DNA from: Pecten maximus
Taxonomy: Eukaryota
Assembly: GCF_902652985.1 (NCBI RefSeq)
Contig: NC_047023.1
Span: 40,982,001 to 41,046,000, forward strand
Reading direction: 5' to 3'
Length of the DNA stretch: 64,000 bases
In this document: in pieces, positions 31,678 to 46,400 of the stretch
How the letters are laid out: each line of letters starts with the position of its first letter
Position numbering within the stretch: position 1 is the first letter of the stretch
Program-made: the position numbers and the translations under genes
Notes under the pieces: model-generated
What the model saw: only the letters and a program-made list of their open reading frames with translations
Databases searched by the model: none
What the model was told of the DNA's origin: nothing

Positions 31678-34600
31678 ATGTCGTCTGGATGTACAGTTCC
31701 GTCAAAGATATGCTTAATATTCATAGGTTTGATATTTTGGGTAAGTATAGTTCTGTTAATAGTACAGCGTGTTAATATGAACTGTTCAGAACTGGACGTG
31801 AAGTGAATGTTTACATCCAAGTAAAATGTCCTGTCTGTCATAAGTTCATCAGAGGCTGATCATGAGTATGCATATGAGTAATTAGTTGTGTATGAAAAGG
31901 GTTAGCAATTTTTCAAAGTTTTTAAGTCAATAATATGGATACCTATTAATAAGTATACAGAGAGAAAATCAGAATCGCAAGCACAACATTGCCATGATGC
32001 TGATTGATGAATTCAAAACGTAATTCTATGATCTGCCCTACACCAATTTATCATTAATTAATGAAAAAATTCTCAGTCATGAGCTAGGTTATCCCGCCTA
32101 TTGAATAACATTTTACAAATAGTAGTCATAGGCATAAACCTAGCAACTATTTTGGACAATGAGATTATCTGGCATTGCCATGTCTGTAGAAAAGTATAGC
32201 CTACATTTCCTCTGGCCCTGACACCTGGGATGTCTGGTCCAGGGGGCCAGACGAGAGCGCACTATTTATATAATTATGAAAACATGGAATTCTCCTACAC
32301 CATTTGGCGTTGCTAAAGATTTTGGTTGACATAACACCTGCCTTACAAATATGGATAAATGATGAGATATTTATTTGCCCCCAAACACTCGTTTCCAATG
32401 TAACCAATTCAAGATATTTAATGCCGGATATATATTTCAATGAAAGAAAGCAACAAATTAGCTTCTGCCTATTGTAATCCTATTGTCCAGTTTTACCATT
32501 TTATTATCATTCAAACCATGGCGAAATTAATATATTGATTTAAGTAATTTGTAGACTGTCCATCAGGTTTTGCGGTTGTGTTCAAATTCCTGCGATTCAA
32601 AGAAAATTTAAATGACTAGCAATATAAACTGCAGGGTATGTTGAACTATGTTCTTCATATTTTTATCAGATGCCTTGATTCATGGCGACTCTTTTTGAAG
32701 GCATAGACTTTCATGCCGCTGTCTGACAGTCACTATCTCTCTAGCTGCAGGTATTATTTCTGGCTAGGCCATCATTAAAAAATTGTTTGTTTGTGGTTAC
32801 CCGACCGACTCACTAAAATAGCCGCGACTCAAACAATTTTTTGGACCTTTGCTATTTTTTTTTTTTTTTACTGCTGCTTCCCCCCAGCGGTAACACCAAT
32901 ATGAATGTGCCTTGTAACGAACGCACCGACAGCATACAAAATACTTCGAATGCTCTCGGGAGTTACCTTCATATTCAATACTTGCGGATTCTCTCGGTTC
33001 TTAACCATTTGAGACAACGATGAGTGTTTCAAATAAATATAGCTAGCTTAACCAACCAATCAGAAAACGTATTACGGTGATTCCTTGTGATATCAAAATA
33101 TAATTCCAACAGCGATTGGTTAGATTAGAAAGTTACTGATGTCATTTTTCAATAATAATGAGGGTTTCCTCGGCGAGAGAGAAGCATCGATCAATCATGG
33201 CGGACGATGTAAACATTCTTTCAAAACGTGTTCGGCAGCGAGACAGACTTTGATGAATACAATGATTTTGTTGTTAGACAGAATTAAGGAAGACAAAGTT
33301 ATTTAGCAGAGGTTATTGGCCTGGCAGATATATAGTTACATTTAATCCATGTCAAGATAGATATAGACACCGAGCGGATCAATGGCGGTATAAAATTTTC
33401 TTCAGCTGTGAAGATAGAACCGCTTGATGCGATCTTCAAATAAAAGTGTTTTAGGTGTTGAAAAGTAGATATCTTTAATTTAAAATATTTCTAAAAGTTT
33501 GGCTTTGATGAGATCATTCAATTTATATCGGTACACAGCTTCTGATGTCTCTTTGATCTCCAGTCTGCACAGCCATTCCTGGCAGACGGAGAAACGATGT
33601 CTGTTTCACTCATAAAATAGTTACACAGGTGAGGTCAAATACATCTCTATCAAATTAAAAATTTTGAGACACTGATTTCTTCATCGAAATATATTTTATC
33701 CAGTATCAATATGCCACTCATAATAGTTGACAAATCTAGTAACAAAATCATCTTTCTTGCTTTTAAATTGCAAATATTTATGTTTTTTACCTTCATTTGC
33801 ACCTGTTAAATGCTGAAGACACAATTGACAACATATATTCAAACTAGAGATAACAACAAACATTTTTTATACAAGTTTTATTCCCATATTGCAAGTATTT
33901 TTTTAAGTTATACACATTTGAAAAAAAAAAATATTTTGTAAAATGTCAAAATATTAATTCAGTCATGGGGAAGTGGTATACAAAAATATGTAACATTGAA
34001 AACATAAAATGTTCATTGGGTGTGCTGTTTAACTGATTTCAAATTGTGCTTTTTTATTTCTTTTCAAACAAATGAGAGTTGTTATGTTGTTTGATGATTA
34101 ACCAGTTTGAAAGTTCTTTTACTTGTTAAACTGAATTCATATGTAAACATAAGATCAGACATGTATTGCAAAAAAAAAAAAAAAAAAAATACCTACCTAC
34201 CTACCCAGTGAAAAAAATGTGGGTCGGGTAACCACAAACAAACAATTTTTTAATGATGGCCCTAGGTGATTAGGTGCTGTAGACGGTAAGTTTGAGGCCC
34301 AGAGTCATGATATTGTCCTCCTTTGTCATTTCTGTTACTATGTTATATATTTAATTATTAGCACAATGCATGTATCTTGTGCACTATGTGTTGTTGATCT
34401 AAAGGTAAAGTTAGGAAACACTTTTTTATTTGTACGTTAAACGTTACAATACTAAACTTAACTAAACCAACGTTAACCAACCCCAAGAAAAAAAAAAATT
34501 AGTTCAAATATCTTTGAGTAATGTGAAAAAAATACATCAGCAAGGAAAGGCGCTATCTATACGTATTTTGGAGACTTCTTTTTTACCATTAACTAAGACC

Positions 34601-37600
34601 TTAGTGATCAGTATTAAAGAAGGTCTTCATTTTCTGAAATCCATTTGGTCCACTAAAATTAAGGTAATATTTAGGAAAAATTTGAGTTGACAAGCTTAAG
34701 AAGGATTATGCACATTTTACACATGATTATAATTGGGTGTGATCATGATCAGTCCTCACACTACTCAGATAGTCTGCGTGAATGCATATTTATGAACAAT
34801 TCTTCGCAAATAATACAAGCAAAATACTCCAACTTGCGTCAACCACACAGGAAAAATCTGGATACTTGCGTCAGACTCGGAATCCAATTTTTAGCAGATT
34901 TGAATTCATGTCACAGTGATGCTTGTCGGGTAATTTTGGTAATGTAAAGCGTTTAGATGATCATGAATATTAGCAAAAAATGGCGCTTTCCAAGTGACAA
35001 CTACTTTGGATATATAATGCTGTTTTCACAGAAGGGAACAAAGTATGGAAAAGAGTCCAAACATATATATCAAAGAAATAAGTTATAGGTAGGAACAATT
35101 ACTGAACTTTAACTAAACATGAAACGATTGATACCTGAACATGAAAGAAGTAGGCCCATTAGATGGGCATTGTCATACATGCCATACCTCCCGGCGTGAG
35201 ACAAAATCTCCCTTATTTTCAAGTCATTTATTTCCTCCCGGGAGGAGAGCCCAAATTCCCGTATTTTGTAATTCTCTCCGGTATTTTTGCCGACGCCATT
35301 TTTGTTTACAATTCAGTAGTTTTTCTCGCGAGATTTGGCTAAGTTTAGCGATCACCTGATCACTCAATCAAAATGGCGCATGTTGCATTGGACACGGCTT
35401 TCACACAAAGCTCTGGCTAGTGTAATGTTTGCGCTAGAATATCTATCACCATGAAATAAAGGCAAGTAGCTTTGCTAACAGACTTGAATTATTGTTTGTT
35501 TTCTTTTAGGACCATACTTTGATAATGGTAATTTATACAGAGTCTGGTCAGACGCAAAATCACACATGTTTTTCATTTAACATGTGTATCGTTGATCAGT
35601 GATAGCAAGATGAAATCCGATATTTTCTTTTAGAAAACTATCAAAATTAGCACATCTGTTGGTCGTAGTGGTCAATCATTATGTTTATAATGACTACCGT
35701 CCATGGCAGAGATAATATACAAAATCTAGAATGATCGTGATACGATTTACTGCAGTCTCCTAACATGAACATCTTCAGTTCTCATGACTTCATGTATACA
35801 CTTGCACACTTGGAATATTTTTATATCTAAATGGTCCAACATAAGGGATCCCACAGGACATTTCATGGTAATTTTTACAACTGATGTGTTCCCTCAGAGT
35901 GGATCAAGCTTTCTAATTTTAAGAAAATCCAAACTGATTAATGATTAACCTGCTTGTCTTAATCTTTAGCTACCTGTATAATATACCCTTTTCAAATGCT
36001 GTTATGTAATATGCATAAAGCTGTGAAACTTTTTGTGTTACATAAAAAAATCAAAAAATAATTTCATATCATCAGAATCTGAATGTATACTTATTGCATT
36101 TTTTACCTGATACAACTTTTTGTTACAACTTTTTGTTGTTTGCATATACAATATGATTAATATCCAAAATAAATATAAATATTCTTTATCACTTTCAAAA
36201 TTAGTTTATTGCTTTAAAATTGAGTAAAAATGTCGATGTTCATGTCGCGCACAAATCTCCCTTATTTTAGGCAAAACTCCCTTAAAATAATCATCAATCT
36301 CCCTTATTGGTCTCCCAAAAATATGGCATGTATGCGTTGTATGTTTGTAATAATTTCAATGTGAAATGTATGTCGCATTTTAATTTTTGAGAAAGACCAG
36401 GTATTTTTTACAACATATAATTCAAACATTCAAAAACTGCGTCAAGAAATGTTAGGATCACATTTCTGCTGTTGGTATTTAAAATCACATTGATCAATAG
36501 CCATATCATTCTTTATATATGCTAAGCAAACTGTAAAATCCTAATCCGGAAACATTAATTTCAGGGTTCTGCAGCAGGTCTCTTCTTCGTTGGAGGATGG
36601 GTGTTTGAGACCTACAAGCACTTCAATGAACTGACAACTGCCAACCTGACCCTTATTCCGGCTTCCATTGTGTTAGCAGTGGGTGTGTTCATGTTCATTG
36701 TTGGATTCCTTGCGTGTGCTTCTTCTGTCAAAGAGAACAAATGTCTTCTTGCAGTTGTAAGTACTATTATCTTCAATGGTTGCCTCTGTAGTTATTGTAG
36801 TATATATCTAGCTACTTATGAATTAAATGTCCAAAGTTACCTAGTATATATAAATCTATCTTGCCACATTGTTTCTATTTTGATATTGTAGTTGCTATAA
36901 GTAACAATAGCATGGTATTTGAATATTCTTGATCAAGGCAACATTTTTATGCCCCTGTATTGTGTTTCAGGATGTCAAGTGGCAGCGGGGGCATTTATAT
37001 TATGTCTTAGTCATTTTCTAGTTTAAGCAATGTGTTCCTATGAGAGCAAGAGTCATATCAATTGAATGAAAATGCCAAATTCAAAATTTATCTGAAAAGA
37101 TATGTCTTTATCTTCAAACATGTCTAGATCTTCATACAGTGATAAAATGATAGAAAAATAACACTCAAACACGCAGAAATTTGATATCAAAATATGATAT
37201 GTTTTCAGCTATTGAGATAGAATATGAACATTTAAAAGGGAAATTTCAATTATTGTTATATATGTTTACAGCTGTTTTCCATCCTGTTGGTGATTCTCAC
37301 AGCAGAAATAGCTGCAGGTTCCCTGGGCTACGCTTTCAGGGATGATGTAAGTTTTACCGTCAGTTTCATTAACAAGTCAGTAATGTACAGCTTGTCACAA
37401 GTGCATTTTCATCAAACAAAATTTTTAGAAATGACCAATGCTACATAATCATAATGGACAGTTTAATGGAGTTTTGATAGATTTTCATAAATTCAGAAAT
37501 ATCTGTCCAAAACAGATTTACCGGTATAAGTTGAAGATTGCTGGTATCTGTACATAAATAATGTATATGCACATGATATACATGTATTAAGCATTCAGTT

Positions 37601-39722
37601 ATTTTCATATCAAGATTGGAGATACTTCAGTTGAAACCTACGAGGAATGATTTTCAGTAACCAGCACATATTAAAAACAAACGTTTCACAAATGTTTAGA
37701 TTTTATGATGATTTGATATAAAAGCAAAGGTTGAATTTTAAAAAGCACAAAATTTGTTACAGTGTATTCATGGCATGTTGTATTTGTTGTCAGATGGAGG
37801 GGTCAGTGCGTGATGGTCTGAACCAGGCCATTAATAAGTACAATGGAACCAAGAGTGACCATCAGATGGAATACCTACAAACAGAGGTATACATGTATAT
37901 ATATCAGGGTTATCCACCTCTTACTCTAATTCTCCTGTTTCTTTCTTGCATGAAGCTGGGTGTTTTAATTAACTACAGAGATCTGAATGTAAATTTAAAA
38001 GGAAATTTGTGAATCATGATTCAAATTCATACACAGTAGAACACCATATATCTGAACCACATTGTTTTTTTGGGATATATGATTCCATAACAGATGAACG
38101 TATTGACATGTGGAGGACATATAATTTTGATAATCAGAAGTTTGGATATGTGGCATGAAGACATGCAGCATTTTATTAGGTCACCTGAAACAAAGTCTCA
38201 AGTGACCTATTCTAATCGCCTATGTAAGTTGTCCGTCCGTAAACAATTTACATTTTCGACTTCTTCTCAGAAACCCCTGAACCTTCCATGGCCCAAGGTC
38301 AATCAAAGCTGTGAATTATATAGTTAAATTGACAGAAATTTTTCAAAACTCAGATGACTGTTAAGGCCCATGGGCCTCCTGTTGTACAAATTAAATTAAT
38401 TTGCTACTATGTACACAAAAAATAACAAAAGGATGGTATGAAGGTTAAAGTGTCAGTGACATGATTGTCCAATTAGTGTTATCGTCTGTCACTGTTTTTC
38501 TTTTGTTATCTACTCCACTCTTCTTACAGTTATTGTATTTATTTGTTTAGCTGAAATGCTGTGGTGTAAACAACGCATCAGACTGGGAAAAAGCAGAGGT
38601 GTGGTCCATTTCTCACCCTGGTAAGGTACCATTCAGCTGTTGTCTACACCAGACCAACTGTACTCAGAATGTCAACGGGACCGACATCTTCCAGAAGGTA
38701 GTCATTGTTATAAGGTTGTGCTGGTGAAATATGTTCTTGGGGATTTGGTATGGGACCATTTTATCTCATTTTCAAAAGAAAACTGTTGAATTGGGAATGA
38801 AATTGCAGGAGTAAACTGCAAATTTTGAGTTTGGTTTAAATTAATTAATTTCTGTTCAAAATTAAGCCCTTCATCGGCCCCAAAAGTCCTCATCAAGAGC
38901 CCTGACAGGAAATAATGCTCTATTTGAACAAAGTAATATTTATCATAACTTGTTTGTATTTCAGGGCTGTCTTCCTGAGCTGAACAATAAGTTCTTGAAA
39001 AACCTGAGATATATTGCAGGAATTGCTGTGGCCTTTGCGGTGATCCAGGTAGCTTTTCATTTTGACATTACAATCTCTATGTTGAATATATAGTTACCTT
39101 AGAAGTTGACCATGTCAAAATGTTGCACCTTCACTTATTATCCCCTGGTGACGATGTCGGGGAGCAGATAAAGCATTTCATTCCTATGTATGGGTGTTTC
39201 AAGCTTTCTGTTCTTTTCACTTCATTTATCAACAGATTGTGATCAAACTTCATATAATGGTTAAGTATGAGAATACCTTGAAGAAGTTCCACTTTAAAGG
39301 TCACTGTTACTATTTATAGAAAATCTATTTCAGTGTTCTAGTGGTTCATTTTTAAGCAGACTTTAATCAGTCTTCATAATGGTCAAGAAGGAGATTACCT
39401 TGAACAAATTTATTTCTCGGGGTGCCAAGGTCAAGGAAAGGTAACCGTTAATATGTATGGCTTAGTATATAATTAAAGTAGGATGTTTCATCGGGTACTA
39501 TACTTAGCATTTGAGGGGATTTGTATTGCTTGCTATGACTTATTTGTATGTCCTGCAGATGTTGTTAACGATTTTGTCCTGCTATAGATGGACTTTGTAC
39601 TGATATTGATATTGTTTTTGTTCCAGTTGTTGGGGATGATCTCCAGCTGTGTGCTGTTCTGCAGGTCAAAAGAAGTCAGATATGAGGTCCTTGGAGGTCC
39701 CAACTCTGGTCTGCGGGTGTAA
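31678..39722 (+). CDS. TSPAN3: Tetraspanin, TSPAN3-like, 249 aa; exons 31678-31740, 36565-36756, 37272-37346, 37794-37886, 38551-38697, 38965-39048, 39627-39722
   Basis: Open spliced frame of 750 nt; all introns phase 0 and GT-AG. Four TM segments; EC2 has CCG, DW, PFSCC and GC. N-terminus MSSGCTVPSKICLIFIGLIFW, TLIPA and C-terminal QLLGM...RYEVL resemble TSPAN3. The family call is firm; the orthology is less so. Confidence 0.92.
32767..34261. mobile_element. Non-autonomous TIR element (~1.5 kb), PIF/Harbinger-like, in tetraspanin intron 1
   Basis: ~40-bp perfect TIR GGCCATCATTAAAAAATTGTTTGTTTGTGGTTACCCGACC with a 3-bp TSD CTA on both sides. Confidence 0.85.
35174..36334. mobile_element. Non-autonomous hAT-like element in tetraspanin intron 1
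   Basis: 13-bp TIR CATACATGCCATA/TATGGCATGTATG, repeated subterminal ATCTCCCTTATT, flanks CATTGT/CGTTGT. Confidence 0.75.
38171..38383 (+). mobile_element. Short Helentron-associated element
   Basis: TTTTATTAGGTCACCTGA...GTCCGTCCGT...TCAGATGACTGTTAAGGCCCATGGGCCTCCTGTT. Confidence 0.7.
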
Positions 39723-42700
39723 AATGAAACAACTTCCGATGTAAATGAGGGATAAAAAAAAACAAGGGACTTAACTTACCTGAATTGTCAGGCACGGGAA
39801 AAAGGGGATTTAACTCCTCTTGATCATCAATATTAACAAAAGATAAAACTCATAAAGGAGTATAAACAGTAGAACATTTTTTATGTACTTGATTGAACAT
39901 CTGAGGTACAGATTTAAAATGAAAGTTACCACCACGACATTAGATATACGAAAACTAACGTGTACTCAGTTAGAAAAATAGAGTTATGAAAGATAATTTA
40001 TTTCACACATTGTCTTTAACCCTTGTTTAGTTTACAAGCATGACAAACCTAACAGTCATATCCTTCCACGGAGTCAGAAAATCAGGAAGGTTTTAGAGAA
40101 CTTGATTCTGTTTTTCACACGCAACATGAAACTTCTGCTTATTAGAATATTTTAAGTAAAATGTAGGAATCAAAAGGCAACTTTGGACATTTAATTCATA
40201 AGTAGCTAGATATACACTACAAAATGACAAGCTGTTACATGTAGGGATGTAATAGCTTTGTAGTCTGTTAACTTTTGGTATACATGACTTTTTCATGAAG
40301 GTTGTGTGTAAACTAATATGAACATATCTTTACTTACAGAAATACTTAGATATCAATAACCTTTACCTCCCATAGATCTGAACATTAATGACACACTGTC
40401 ACTTAGTATTTACTGTGTGAGAATCAATTACAAAGAACTTTTGAGATGAAAAAAATTCATGGAAAGAGTTAGTTATAACACTTTCGAAGTGATCGGTCCT
40501 AAACAAAGAAAACACTCGCATCATTCCATGGACATAGCTTGCCTGTGTCTCTGGGACTTCACTTTAGCTTATGAGATTGTCTGTGTTGTGTTTTGGTTTC
40601 CTGAACTGGTATGGTATTTATCACATATTATGTGTGTATTGTCTTATCAGAACTAGTCTCTCTTACATTTAATGTATTTCACTGAGAGATTATAAGCACC
40701 TATATATATGGACATATTTATTTATTCATCTACCATGCAATTTGAAAATGGATTTACTCTTTACTATATGCATGTGATGTGCTAATATGACACAAAATAC
40801 AACAATTATACATGCTAGAATCGGTGAATTATGGCCGCCACTCTGTATAATATTCATGTCATCTGTTGAAAACATTAGAATTTAGTTTTCCTTGGTTATA
40901 TATTGATAATGTCAGCTTTACTTTCTTCATAAACATATATTTTAGTGGTAAAAATGTTTTAAAATGTTTGCAGTGAAAAAACAATAGAATTTGAATTCAT
41001 GTATGAAACTAAACATTATGTATTTGGAAACATTCAAAATATTTTTAGTTTAACAAACTCAGAGGGTATTGTGGTAATTTAGAAAACGTTTTGATATATA
41101 CAAATTGTTCTTGCAGTAATTGTATATGTACATGTCCAGTAGTGATCTGCGTATTGTATTTTATCGAACCCATTTTACTTATATATATGTGAAGCCCGAC
41201 TGTTTCAACAGGCAGTATTAAGTGAACAATTTCTATAAAGTTACACATAATATTACACACATACATAATGTTTTACTAGATATTTGTCTACCTTCCTTTT
41301 TCGTTATCAAGTAGTATTTCACTTTGACAAAAGTTTGGCTGAATTACAAAATGAATGATATGATGTGACAATGTTAAAGAAAGAAAATATTTTTTCCCAA
41401 ACACTAACTGAATATTGGAGCAGTATTATATTTACCAGCTTTATAAAGATTTTCACCAATTTGATTTCATCTCCAACAGAACTGATCCATTCCTTTTGGT
41501 ACACAACAAATTCATCATAACAGGAAAGACAGGGTGACTTGATTTAATCAATTAAATATTTTTGAATGCCAGACTATAGGTATAACTAAGTCTTACAGAC
41601 CGTATATTCTCTGTAACCAAGGATCATCAATATTTGGCAGTGCTAGAAGGTACGATCAAATGTAGATTTTTTTTCCACATCCAGGGAGTAACTAATTGTT
41701 TATATCTCATCTGTTTTCAACACTTCACTCCAAAAGTGAGATTTAACTCAATATATATGATGTTTGTTTAAATTTGTTTGCATTGATAAGACTAATATGC
41801 TGTCTTGTGCTAGGCATTTGGTGCATTTTCACACAATTTCTCAAAGAGTGTAGATTGAACTTTTGTACATGCAGTGTACTTGATATTATATGCGTTTCAT
41901 AAGAAGAATAATTTATTTCCAAAAATATGGTTGAAGCCTCCTTATAATTATGTTATAATCAATTATGCTACCTGACTGACATGTACAAAATTTACATTGT
42001 ATTGGAAATTAATCCAAAGGCTAAAACCCTATGATAGTGTATTGAAAAATAATCTGTAGTGCTGGGGATCGAACTAGCGACCACTTGTTCAACACTTGAG
42101 AAATGTATGAAATGTAATCGTATTGTGAAGCTTAATTAAGGTAGCCTTTGATGTTGGAAACATGTTGGAAGGGAGATAACTCCAACACAAATCCTTTATA
42201 CTGTATTTGATCCAATAAGTACAAAAATGGAGTGTGCTTAACAAAATTATGTACTGTGTAAAGGGGAAAGTTGCTCTATGATATCTGGATGAAAAAACAA
42301 TATAGTGTCTTTTGTTTAGTCTGAAGATGATATTGGCACATCAGTGCTGTAAGGAAGTCTTTATATCAATGTATGGTTCAATTATAGCACACTCGCCCTC
42401 TTTTCCTGGAAAAGGTAGTAGTGCATTTATAGGGACAGGTGCACTCATTAGGTCAAATAAGGTAATTATTGCTAAATAATGATATTTAGTATGATTTTCA
42501 CTTAACAAATCTAATGGATTTGGCAGTTGTGACTATAATATAACAGTACATTAAGGAAAATAAAGACGATTAAATTACTGAAATCGATACTTTAAGATGT
42601 AATTACAGTCACACATTAGTTTTAAAGTATCACGATTGAGAAAAGAAAAAAAAAGCTCACCTTGTGAAAACTTACAATGCAAAATACTTTAGTTTATTCC

Positions 42701-43404
42701 TTGTAGTTTGTTATGTATATGTTTAAGAATACTCAGTGCTGTTTATGGACAGTTTGGTTATATTTATAAGTGCTATTGTGTCCACAGGCTTATGTTTATG
42801 TTATTATGTTGCAGCTAGTGTTGTTACGGAATCGCTGTGATACCCTCATCTCATCAACACCTCATTTCAAACAATAAAAAGGAGAAAAAAAACAAACAAA
42901 ATCAACAAAAAAAAAAGGTTTTTTTTTTCAATTTAGTGATAAAAATGATTTTTGTCACTTTTTTTTCAAATTACTAAATGATATGATAAATTATTTTATT
43001 TTATATTTGTGATGTTGTACTTTTACCAAAAGTTTTGAATATGGGACGGTTAATTATATCTGAAATTCTTGCTTAAAATGTGAAATTGGAGTTATACATT
43101 CAGCGATCTGTTTATAAAAATATTGTATGATTTTATTTCATATCAACTTCATTTGTAGATCAACATCATTGTGTCTTCTATGATTGTGTATGTACTTCCT
43201 TTTTAAATAAAGATATTGAATGTTTTAAATTGGTCATATTTGATTTCTACTCTTGCCCAAAACACTGGTACATTTCAATTTACGGTTCACAAAATGTAAT
43301 TTTAGCTTTTAAAGGGAAACATTACGGTCTTTTTGGAGACTTTACTTTTTGAGGCAAGAGAAAGATCACCCTTTGTTTGAGGTAAAGACAAATCTTGTTT
43401 TTTT

Positions 43405-46400
43405 TTTAGTTAAGGGAAAATAACTAGTATTTTTGAGGTGAAGGGAACATAACTACATGTAGTCTTTTTGAGGTAAGAGGAAATTAACTAGTGTTTTTGA
43501 GGTATGGGGGAAATAACTAGTCTTTTTGAAGTAAGGGGAAAATAGCTAGTCTTTTTGAGGTAAGGGAAAATAACTAGTCTTTTTGAGGTAAGGGGGAAAT
43601 AACTAGTCTTTTTGAGGTAAGGGGAAATTAACTAGTCTTTTGAGGTAAGGGGGAAATAACTAGTCTTTTTGAGGTAAGGGGAAATTAACTAGTCTTTTTG
43701 AGGTAAGGGGAAAATAACTAGTCTTTTTGAGGTAAGGGGGAAATAACTAGTCTTTTTGAGGTAAGGGGAAAATAGGTAGTCTTTTTGAGGTAAGGGAAAA
43801 AATAACTAGTCTTTTTAAGGTAAGAGGAAAATAACTAGTCTTTTTGAGGTAAGGGGAATAAAATTAGTCTTTTTAAGGTAAAGTGAAAATAACTTGCTAT
43901 AATATTCAATCAAACAATAAAAAAAGGATCTGTTCCCGAAGATTGGAAAAGCGCTCGAGTTTGCGCTATATACAAGAAGGGAGACAAATGCGTTGCAGGA
44001 AACTATAGGCCTGTCAGTTTGACATCTGTCGTCTGCAAGGTAATGGAAACAATAGTGCGAGATCACATGAATAACTTCATGGGGGCAAACAATCTATTTT
44101 CTTCAAGGCAATACGGCTTTATATCAGGAAGATCTACATCACTTCAACTGCTAGAAGTTCTAGATAAATGGACTGAGGCGATTGATAAAGGCTTTTGTGT
44201 AGACTGTATATACATGGATTATCAAAAAGCTTTTGATACCGTTCCTCATAGGCGCCTGGCAAACAAATTACGTGCATACGGAATTTCGGATGAAATCATA
44301 CAATGGATATTAGTTTTTTTGAGCGGAAGGAAGCAACGCGTATCTATACAAGATGTGCATTCAGAATGGACAGACGTAACGTCAGGAATTCCCCAGGGAT
44401 CTGTGCTTGGCCCTCTACTGTTCGTGATATCTATCAACGATCTTCCAGAAATAGTAAATTCCGATTTATACATGTTTGCCGATGACACCAAGATTTTTAA
44501 AGTTATAACGAAAAAGAGGATGAACGTACTTTACAGCGGGACCTGGACACGATGAGCACCTGGAGCAACACATGGCTTTTAAAAATGCATCCGGAAAAAT
44601 GAAAACATGCATATCGGAGGCGCACAACAAAACATGGAAACAACAACGGTATCATATGAATTGCTAGGAAACAACCTGATAAAAACAGACAAGGAAAAGG
44701 ATATTGGTGTAACGGTAGATACAGAACTTACCTTTGAAAACCACATCAGCGAGAAAGTTAAAAAAGCTAACCAAATTTTTGGACTTTTAAGAAGAACATT
44801 CAGTTTCATGGGTATAAAAAACTTTCCTTTTGTTATACAAGAGTTTGGTACGATCACAGCTGGATTACGCTAGTTCGGTTTAGGCTCCGTGGAAGGCAAA
44901 AGATATTGATAGATCAGAGGCAGTACAACGACGAGCAACCAAATGTTTACCAGGAATGAGCGGCCTATCATATACAGAAAGGCTTAAGAAATTAAAACTT
45001 CCAACAATATCGTACAGACGGGCTAGAGGAGATATGATCGAAGTCTACAAAATGTTAAGCGGCATATATGACAAAGAATCTTGCGGCTTCATAAAACCAT
45101 GGAAGGACATGGCAAAACGGCACAGCGGCCGAGGAAATTCAAAGATGCTATTTCCGCAACAATCAAGCACAACGCTGAGAAGCAAAACCTTCGCCATTAG
45201 AACTGTAAAAATATGGAACAGTCTCCCGGAAGAAGTTGTAACTGCTCAAAATATAAACACTTTCAAAAATAGATTAGATGAAATATGGAAAACTCAGGAC
45301 ATTTTATATGATTATAAGGCAACCATAACTAGAAATGAACTTTAAACACAAATTGTAGAATACTAAGAGAGTCCAGTGTAGAGGAACTTATTCTGTTCCT
45401 GTACTGGACAATAACTATAACTATAACTAACTATAACTATAACTAGTCTTTTTGAGGTAAGGGAAAATAGCTAGTGTTTTTAAAGTAAATGGAAAATAAC
45501 TAGTCTTTTTGAGGTAAGGGAAAATAACTAGTCTTTTTGTGGTAAGGGGAAATAACTAGTCTTTTTGAGGTAAGGGGGAATAACTAGTCTTTTTGAGGTA
45601 AGGGGGAATAACTAGTCTTTTTAAGGTAAGGGGGAAAATAACTAGTCTTTTTAAGGTAAGGGGAAATAACTAGTCTTTTTAAGGTAAGAGGAAAATCACT
45701 AGTCTTTTTAAGGTAAGAGAAAATAACTAGTCTTTTTGAGGTAAGGGGGAATAACTAGTCTTTTAAGGTAAGGGGGAATAACTAGTCTTTTTGAGGTAAG
45801 GGGGAATAACTAGTCTTTTTAAGGTAAGGGGGAAAATAACTAGTCTTTTTAAGGTAAGGGAAATAACTAGTCTTTTTAAGGTAAGAGGAAAATCACTAGT
45901 CTTTTTAAGGTAAGAGAAAATAACTAGTCTTTTTGAGGTAAGGGGGAATAACTAGTCTTTTAAGGTAAGAGAAAATAACTAGTCTTTCTGAGGTAAGGGG
46001 GAATAACTAGTCTTTTTGAGGTAAGGGGGAATAACTAGTCTTTTTGAGGTAAGGGGGAATAACTAGTATTTTTAAGGTAAGGGGGAAAATAACTAGTATT
46101 TTTAAGGTAAGGGGGAAAATAACTAGTATTTTTAAGGTAAGGGGGAAAATAACTAGTATTTTTAAGGTAAGGGGGAAAATAACTAGTCTTTTTAAGGTAA
46201 GGGGAAATAACTAGTCTTTTTAAGGTAAGAGGAAAATCACTAGTCTTTTTAAGGTAAGAGAAAATAACTAGTCTTTTTGAGGTAAGGGGGAATAACTAGT
46301 CTTTTAAGGTAAGGGGGAATAACTAGTCTTTTTGAGGTAAGGGGGAATAACTAGTCTTTTTAAGGTAAGGGGGAAAATAACTAGTCTTTTTAAGGTAAGG

